DNA of 63,068 bases, counting the filler, from Coriobacteriales bacterium (lineage in GTDB: Bacteria > Actinomycetota > Coriobacteriia > Coriobacteriales > UBA8131), in assembly GCA_031263105.1 (NCBI GenBank). It is 7 parts of 7 records of this genome, joined end to end, with 100 filler letters (N's around TTAATTAATTAA, not from the genome) between each part and the next. Parts side by side here need not be neighbours in the genome. Positions count along the whole stretch, not along the records: positions 55,633 to 63,068 come from JAISGJ010000011.1; 6 more parts are not named here. The stretch is one strand, 5' to 3'. Position numbers and translations under genes: made by a program. The number at the start of each line of letters is the position of its first letter. The first letter of the stretch is position 1. Positions 56,788 through 63,068 of the stretch are shown here, piece by piece. The notes under the pieces were generated by a model. The model made no database searches and had not been told where the DNA came from. It saw nothing but the letters and a program-made list of their open reading frames with translations.

Positions 56788-57225
56788 ATGAGTTCTGAAA
56801 TGCCTCGTACAAAAGTCAATTACAAAGTTGTCAATCGGCTCTGGGGCGTTGCGGCAGGACGGTGTGAAATGTGCAATAGACTTCTCTACGCCGATCCGAC
56901 TTTTGGCACTTCCGGAAACTATGCGGAAAACGCCCATATTCATGGTGTGGGGAAAAATGGCCCTCGCCACAAAGCAAGCATGACAGATGACGAGATCAAT
57001 GCCATCGACAACCTCATGCTTCTTTGCTCCGGCTGTCATAAAACGATTGACGACAACCCCGAGCCCACAAAGATACCGTCCCGTTTCCAAACGTTACCCA
57101 CAGACGGTTTTTTCACCGAAAACGACACCTTTTTCATACGCTTTTTACTTTTCTACAAAACGGACAATACCCCTATTCAAATAGACTTTTTAGCAGGCTT
57201 TGTCTCCGGGGCAATACTTTGGTAA
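56788..57225 (+). pseudogene. Truncated HNH endonuclease resembling the N-terminus of HNH-SAVED (Cap5-like) effectors
   Basis: LWGVAAGRCEMC, AHI....GPR, NLMLLCSGCHKTIDDNPE, then an unrelated-looking AT-rich tail. Confidence 0.65.
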
Positions 57226-57568
57226 GGCAGGCAGGGCTTAGGTGCCACTGGCTCTATTTGAATAGACGTTTGTAAAGCGCAGAATTGATTTTACGGGACA
57301 ATTCCCATACGAAGAAAAGTACAGCAAGTCCCTCCTGAGCAAGAGAAAGCGGAACACTGCCTTTGTCGCATTGCCCCGCTTACGCTTTTGTACTATCCCG
57401 ACTGCTCGCCTGCCATAAGATTACTCGCTCTTGCTGGCCTTTTGCCTGTTTTCTTATGTCAGTCCTGCTCACGGGGCGGTTTTTTTGTCCCCAAGCAGGA
57501 CAGCCCGCCGAGGTGGGCTGTCTAAGGCGATTAAAGGCGGAGGCGCACAGGCGTCGGTCGGCAGCTTC

Positions 57569-58282
57569 CTATGATGCGGCGGTGTCCTTGGCGTGCTCTT
57601 CGCCGAGGTCGTCCTCGCCGACGATGTTGTGGAGGTCGGGGTCGTAGACGAGGCCGCCGTGCTCCTTCCATCCGAACATCATCTTGGTGGGGGCGATGCC
57701 CTCGACGTTTGCCAGGTAGGCATGCAGCAGCATGAAGATGATGAAGACGAACATGAAGAAGAAGTGGACGATGCGCATGACGACCACGCCTCCCACCAGG
57801 GCGTTCACGGCCGCGAAGGGGCCGACGACCGAGGTGGGCGCCCACAGGCACAGGCCCGTGAAGGCGATGAGGAGGATCAGCACCGGGACGAGCACGTAGA
57901 CGATCTTCTGCGGGACGCCGTACTTGGCGCCGAGCGGATGCTCCTTCTTGAAGAACAGGTAGTACTTGATCCACGCGCCGAGCTGGTGCCGGTTGTCCTT
58001 TTGCGGCAGGAAGCCCTTCCAGTCGTAGTCCGTCTTGCGGGTGCCGCCGGTCGGCGCCGACTTGACGAAGAAGGCCGAGACCACGCGGAAGAGCATGTTC
58101 GCCACGAGGATGAACGCGAAGAACAGGTGTGCGCCGCGCGCTATCCCCATAAAGCCGGCGAAGAACGGGAAGTGGATATAGAATCCCGTGAAGATGAGGA
58201 CCAGCATCGAGACGAGGTTGATCCAGTGCGTGAGGACATAGACGAGCGGATGCGCCTGACGGTAGTGTGCGAGATGCGCCAT
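57569..58282 (-). CDS. hyaC: [NiFe] hydrogenase b-type cytochrome subunit
   Basis: THWIN, TGFYI, KYGVPQK..Y, RIVHF, LHAYL; follows the large subunit. Confidence 0.9.
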   Translation of the reverse strand: MAHLAHYRQAHPLVYVLTHWINLVSMLVLIFTGFYIHFPFFAGFMGIARGAHLFFAFILVANMLFRVVSAFFVKSAPTGGTRKTDYDWKGFLPQKDNRHQLGAWIKYYLFFKKEHPLGAKYGVPQKIVYVLVPVLILLIAFTGLCLWAPTSVVGPFAAVNALVGGVVVMRIVHFFFMFVFIIFMLLHAYLANVEGIAPTKMMFGWKEHGGLVYDPDLHNIVGEDDLGEEHAKDTAAS

Positions 58283-58283
58283 C

Positions 58284-60227
58284 TTACTTCACCCCCCAGG
58301 GGCTCGTTACGACAGAGAAGGTCTTGCCTGTCTTCGGCTCGTTGATGTGGACGGCACAGGCGACGCAGGGGTCGAAGCTGTGCACCGCACGCAACGCGTG
58401 GATGGGCTTGTCCAGGTCCTCGACGGGCACGCCGAGCAGCGAGGACTCCATGGGGCCCTGGACGCCGTCGGCGTCACGCGGCGAGATGTTCCAGGTCGAG
58501 GGGATGATGATCTGGTACTTGTCGATGACGTCGTTGGTGATCTTCATGTAGTGGTAGAGCGCGCCGCGAGGGGCCTCCCACATGCCGGCCCCCTCGCCGG
58601 TGTGGTTGTCCGACTCGATGAAGGTCAGGCTGTCGCTGTCGCCGCCCTTGAGGGCCTCGATGAGCTCGGTCACCCATTCGACCATCCGGTTGGCGACGTA
58701 CAGGGTCTCGACGTTGCGCGCACCGGTCCGGCCGAGGGTCGAGTTGAGCACGTCGAGCCTCCCGGGCACGCCGAGCGCGGAGAGCACTCCGTCGATGCCG
58801 TCGACGACCTCCTTCACCCCGCGCTGGTAGGCGACGAGCAGGCGGGAGAGCCCGCCGGCCTCGAAGGGCTTGCCGTCGTAACGGGGGGCCTTGTCCCAGG
58901 TATAGGGCGCGCCCTCCTGGGGATGGTCGCGGATGTCTGCGAGCACGTACTCGTCCTTGTACAGCGGCGCGGTGATGCCGTCGCGCGGATTGCGCGGGGT
59001 CGTGTCGTCGACGGCGCGGTCGTAGAACGAATAGGCGGTCGTCTCGGTGATGAGCGACTCGTCCCAGTTCTGCACCTTCTGGTACGCAGGGTCGTTGAAG
59101 CTCCACACGCCGCCGGGCAGGTAGCGCTCCTCCGGCTTGCGGCTCGGCGACTCGAACACGCCCCAGGCGATGTAGTTGCCCTCGTTGCCGCCGTAGAAGA
59201 AGTCGCTGTTCGTGCCCTCCGCATCAAGGTAGGCGCCGGCGATGGCAAGGGTGTCGGGAATCATCGTGCCTGCGACCCAGGCCTGCAGGCGCTTGACGCG
59301 GAAGAGGATGTCGTCGAGCTTCTCCTCCGTGGGGACGAAGGTCGTCCCGCCGGGAAGCGAGCTCATGATGTGCGGCATCTTGCCGCCGATGATGCCGCTT
59401 ATCTCGGAGGCGACCGCCTGCATCTCCAGGGCCTCAAGGTAGTGGGCCGTGGCGATAAGGTCGAGCTCCGGCGGCAGCTTGTAGGCGGGGCTGCCGTCCA
59501 GCTCCCTCGCGTCGAACCAGTTGCCCGAGAAGATGGAGAGCTGGCCGTTGGCCGCGAAGCCTTCGAGGCGTTTCTGCAAGGCGGCGAAGTCCGCCTGGCT
59601 GGTGCCTGCCGCGTTCGCGAGCGCGATGGTGTCTGCGATGTCGGCGTCGAGCGCGTTGAGGGGGTTCACGTAGTCGAGCGCCGCAAGGTTGTAGAACCAC
59701 AGGATGTGGGAGTGGAGGAACTGCGCGCCCTCCACGAGGTTGCGCAGGATGCGCCCGGAGGTCGGGATGGCCTTGTAGAACGAGTCGTCCGCCCCGTAGC
59801 TCTTCTCGGCGGCGATGCAGGCGGCATGGGCATGCGAGACGGGGCAGACCCCGCAGATGCGCTGCGCGATGTAGGCCGCGTCGGCCGACCGGCGGTTCTG
59901 GAGGATGAGCTCCATGCCCCGGAACAGCCCGCCCGATACCCAGGACTTCGTGACGATGCCGTCCTCGACCTCCATGTCGATGCGGAGATGGCCCTCGATG
60001 CGGTTGACCGGATCGATTATCGAGGCGCCGTTCGGCCTGTTGCCGGCGGCCAACGGGGCCGAGGTGGTCACGGCGGCCGAGGTGGTCACGGCCGTCGCGG
60101 GGGCCTCGGAGGTCCCGGCGGGGTCGGAGGCAGAGGCGGGGTCGGAGGTTCCGGCGGCCTCGGCGTCCCTAGTCGTCTTGGGCAGCTCCTCCTCCGATGG
60201 TGCGGCGGTTGTGGTCTCTTCTGGCAT
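58284..60227 (-). CDS. hyaB: Group-1 [NiFe] hydrogenase large subunit
   Basis: DPVNRIEGH, QRICGVCP, EAPRGAL, FDPCVACAVH plus a cleavable tail. Confidence 0.96.
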   Translation of the reverse strand: MPEETTTAAPSEEELPKTTRDAEAAGTSDPASASDPAGTSEAPATAVTTSAAVTTSAPLAAGNRPNGASIIDPVNRIEGHLRIDMEVEDGIVTKSWVSGGLFRGMELILQNRRSADAAYIAQRICGVCPVSHAHAACIAAEKSYGADDSFYKAIPTSGRILRNLVEGAQFLHSHILWFYNLAALDYVNPLNALDADIADTIALANAAGTSQADFAALQKRLEGFAANGQLSIFSGNWFDARELDGSPAYKLPPELDLIATAHYLEALEMQAVASEISGIIGGKMPHIMSSLPGGTTFVPTEEKLDDILFRVKRLQAWVAGTMIPDTLAIAGAYLDAEGTNSDFFYGGNEGNYIAWGVFESPSRKPEERYLPGGVWSFNDPAYQKVQNWDESLITETTAYSFYDRAVDDTTPRNPRDGITAPLYKDEYVLADIRDHPQEGAPYTWDKAPRYDGKPFEAGGLSRLLVAYQRGVKEVVDGIDGVLSALGVPGRLDVLNSTLGRTGARNVETLYVANRMVEWVTELIEALKGGDSDSLTFIESDNHTGEGAGMWEAPRGALYHYMKITNDVIDKYQIIIPSTWNISPRDADGVQGPMESSLLGVPVEDLDKPIHALRAVHSFDPCVACAVHINEPKTGKTFSVVTSPWGVK

Positions 60228-61582
60228 TATTCATCGCCTCCTTCCGTGTGCTCTGTGTCGGACGCGTCGGCGGCGTCGGCGTCAGTGTCGGCGGTGTCAG
60301 CGTCGGCGGCAGCGGGGTCGGCGGCAGCAGCGGGCCTGCCGTTGAGCTTCGCCACCGGCTCGGAGGCCGACGCGGGGCCTATGGCCTGGTCGGGATGCTT
60401 CGTGTCCCACGCGCGTTCCCTCTCGAAGTCCGCCCCGCCCTTCGTGCGGCCCGTGACCTTCATGCCGACGCCGTGAACCACCAGGGCGACCACGACAAGG
60501 CCGGTGACACCGGCGGCAAGCGTCATAGGCTGGATGGGGATGTCGCCTATCAGGAGGTTCTTGAAGCGCTTGAGGAAGGGCGTGTTGAGGTCAACCCAGT
60601 TGAAGCCCTCCTTCACGGGGTTGGCGTTCGCGCAGCCCGCGCAGGGTGCGCCCGCCTCCACACACCAGCTCACGCGGCGGTTCCAGCGCACTATCGGGCA
60701 GTTGCTCTTCGTCTGCGGGCCCTTGCAGCCCATGGGGTACAGGCAGTAGCCCTTCTTCTCCTCCTCGGAGCCGAACTGGTAGACGAACTCCCCGTTCTCG
60801 AAGTGGCCGCGACGCGGGCAGTTGTCGTGTATGTACTGGTCGAAGATCAGCGAGGGCATCCCATACTCGTTGAGGGCAGGGGGGGCGCCGAGCAGGAGCA
60901 CATCGACCAGCACGGCTATGATGTGCTCGGGGTTCGACGGGCAGCTGGGGACGTTGATGATAGGCGGAACCTCGTGCTCGAAGCTCCCGTCGGCCTTCGA
61001 GCGCTCCAAGAAGGCCTGGACGCCGATGGCGCCTCCGGGGTTGGGCACGGCTGCCTGCCAGCCGCCGTCCACGGCACAGGAGCCGGCGCAGATGATGGCC
61101 GTAGCGTTCGATGCTGCATGGCGCACGATATCGGTGGACTTCTCGTTGGCGATCTTCAGCGCGTTGCCGTCCCAGCCCTCCATGATCGCACCCTCGATGA
61201 CGACGATGTAGCCGCCCGCCTCGATGGTCTCCTCCTTGGCCTCCTCCAACGAGAAGCCCGCACCGGCCGAGAGGGTCTCTGCATAGGTGAGTGAGATGAG
61301 GTCGAGCACGATCGTCGCGACATCCGGCGTCTCCGCCGAGGCAAGCGACTCCGTGCATCCGGTGCAGGACGCAAGCTCGAGCCAGATGACCGGGGCCAGC
61401 TTCCCCTCCGTCTTCCCGATGACGCTCGCCGCAAGGGCCTCGCGAACCGAAGGGGCCATCGCCTCGGAAAGCCCCAGCGACACCGCAATCGCACCGCAGA
61501 ACTCCAAGAAGCGGCGGCGGGTCACCCCCCGGCCTTCAAGCATTGCGTCGAACCTGTCGACGCAGGCCTCCTTTGTTGTCAT
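60227..61582 (-). CDS. hyaA: Group-1 [NiFe] hydrogenase small subunit (Tat, C-terminal TM)
   Basis: TRRRFLEFC, CTGCTES, GSCA, HDNCPRR, CLYPMGCKGP, CAGC. Confidence 0.95.
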   Translation of the reverse strand: MTTKEACVDRFDAMLEGRGVTRRRFLEFCGAIAVSLGLSEAMAPSVREALAASVIGKTEGKLAPVIWLELASCTGCTESLASAETPDVATIVLDLISLTYAETLSAGAGFSLEEAKEETIEAGGYIVVIEGAIMEGWDGNALKIANEKSTDIVRHAASNATAIICAGSCAVDGGWQAAVPNPGGAIGVQAFLERSKADGSFEHEVPPIINVPSCPSNPEHIIAVLVDVLLLGAPPALNEYGMPSLIFDQYIHDNCPRRGHFENGEFVYQFGSEEEKKGYCLYPMGCKGPQTKSNCPIVRWNRRVSWCVEAGAPCAGCANANPVKEGFNWVDLNTPFLKRFKNLLIGDIPIQPMTLAAGVTGLVVVALVVHGVGMKVTGRTKGGADFERERAWDTKHPDQAIGPASASEPVAKLNGRPAAAADPAAADADTADTDADAADASDTEHTEGGDE

Positions 61583-61788
61583 ACGCACACCTCCTTGTGT
61601 ATCCGGCGACATGCCGGACAGACAATCCGTTTCCCTGATTGTTTCTCTCTACAGAGGCTTTCGTTACGTTACGCAACAAAAACATCGCAAAAACCTCCGT
61701 TACATAATCGTCAAAGAAGCGGGGGAATTCATGCCCGCCCCCGCCCTCACTCGGTAAGCGGTTTGCGCAACGGGCAAATGGTGAATTA

Positions 61789-61816
61789 GTGTGACACTAT
61801 ATGATTTTCGTAACAC
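61789..61816. promoter_or_regulatory. Candidate NikR-type operator upstream of the hydrogenase operon
   Basis: GTGTGAC-N14-GTAACAC near-palindrome. Confidence 0.45.
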
Positions 61817-61889
61817 GATTCGGTGAGTGGCGCAGGGAGGTGACAGGGGAACCGTCCTCCTGTCACGGTCCCCTGTCACACCCCCGGCT

Positions 61890-62447
61890 TTAGTAGTTCT
61901 CGGCGCGGAGCTCGAAGTAGGCGCTGGGATGGGCGCAGACCGGGCAGACCGTCGGGGGCTCCTCGCCGAAGTGGACGTGGCCGCACTTGAGGCACTTCCA
62001 AGCGTAGACCTTGCCGCGCTTGAACACCTCGCCCGCCTCAAGGCGCCCTAAGAGCGTGCGGTAGCGCTCCTCATGGTCCTTCTCGACGGCACCGACGGCC
62101 TCGAAGAGCGCCGCAATCGCCTCGAAGCCCTCCTCGTGCGCATCCTTGGCGAAGTGCGCATACATGTCGGTCCACTCGTAGTTCTCCCCATTCGCCGCGT
62201 CGGCGAGGTTCGCAGGGGTGTCGGGGACGGCACCGCGGACCGCCCCGTCGCTCTTGAGTATCTGGAACCATATCTTCGCATGCTGGCGCTCGTTGCCCGA
62301 GGTCTCGTCGAAGATGGCGCCGATCTGCTGATAGCCCTCCTTGCGGGCCTTGTCGGCATAGTAGGCGTACTTGTTGGTCGCCTGCGACTCGCCTGCGAAG
62401 GCGGCCTCGAGGTTCGCCTTGGTCTTCGAGGATGCAAACTCTGTCAT
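61890..62447 (-). CDS. rbr: Rubrerythrin
   Basis: [32 protein letters not shown]...CPVCAHP. Confidence 0.96.
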   Translation of the reverse strand: MTEFASSKTKANLEAAFAGESQATNKYAYYADKARKEGYQQIGAIFDETSGNERQHAKIWFQILKSDGAVRGAVPDTPANLADAANGENYEWTDMYAHFAKDAHEEGFEAIAALFEAVGAVEKDHEERYRTLLGRLEAGEVFKRGKVYAWKCLKCGHVHFGEEPPTVCPVCAHPSAYFELRAENY

Positions 62448-62648
62448 AGCTGGTCTCCTTTCGTATGTTTTTCTCAATCGCTGCCTTCCTGCGTTCGCCG
62501 ACTCACTCGTCGCGCTCGCAGGCTCGCCGCTCCTTCGACCGTCCACTGGACGGTCGAACCTTTCGATGAGAACATATGCGTATTCTACCTCATAGGGACA
62601 GCCTCCTGCACCCCTGCGCCACGCGTGCCCGGCGCAGTGTAGGGATGT

Positions 62649-63030
62649 TGTTACTGTTCACACCCCCACTGTCATTCCGAGCCTGCCGAGGAATCTTCGG
62701 CTGCAAAGCAGCCGACCGCAGGTCGAAGCCTCTCTCGACCGCAGTTGGTCGCTTCGCAACCAAGGATTCCTCGGCTTCGCTTCGCTGCGCTCGGAATGAC
62801 AGTGGGGGCGTGAACAGTAACTCATCCCGAGCGAAGCCGAGGGATCCTTGGATCCGAGCGCCCGGAAAACGCACCGCGTTCTCAGCGAGGACGGCGCGAC
62901 AGGCCCACGGAACGCGGAGCAGCCGACCGCAGGCCGAGGCACCTTCCGGCCGCAGTCGACCGCTGGCGCGGTCGAGGATCCCGCGGCAGGCTCGGGATGA
63001 CAGTGGGGGCTCGGGGTGGCGGTGGGGGCT
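62649..63030. repeat. Two adjacent repeat family 1 elements at the contig end
   Basis: Arms at 62663-62808 and 62821-63010 with the same internal modules. Confidence 0.88.
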
Positions 63031-63068
63031 CGGGGGGGCGGGGGGGGCCGGGGCGGGGGGGGGGGGCG

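Noticed and set aside
58284..60227. Selenocysteine ([NiFeSe]) or other recoding in the hydrogenase and Mo enzymes
   Set aside because: DPCVAC has Cys, and all catalytic ORFs are open without an internal TGA

Overview
High-GC (Coriobacteriia/Eggerthellaceae-like, by inference) draft assembly made of seven contigs joined by artificial 100-nt N/TTAATTAATTAA linkers, so synteny cannot be read across the linkers. The content is mostly anaerobic respiration: four different Tat-exported Mo-bisPGD oxidoreductase operons (one in the catechol-dehydroxylase clade), an orphan NrfD, a Tat flavoprotein reductase, two membrane-anchored LuxR regulators, a group-1 [NiFe] hydrogenase and rubrerythrin. Also present are an ABC-F ATPase, an Fe/cobalamin-type ABC importer, an EcoRII-like restriction-modification pair, argS, two SPFH genes, tRNA-fMet and tRNA-Ser, and toxin-antitoxin and defence remnants. 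Best leads: (1) a 5.8-kb co-oriented mosaic (49713-55532) where AsrA/AsrB-like gene fragments alternate with TA/defence cargo and a short repeat TG(A/T)CA-N6-RCGTCCCCYTGDCA marks most junctions; the same repeat also lies in-frame inside argS; (2) a DUF3990 ART-like / partner / PARG three-gene module inside that array; (3) a start-stop uORF plus anti-SD attenuator ahead of the ABC-F; (4) a degenerate UvrD-like protein and an unknown partner divergent from the dehydroxylase-like operon; (5) a large modular palindromic repeat family. Family assignments come from recognising motifs by eye; no searches were run.
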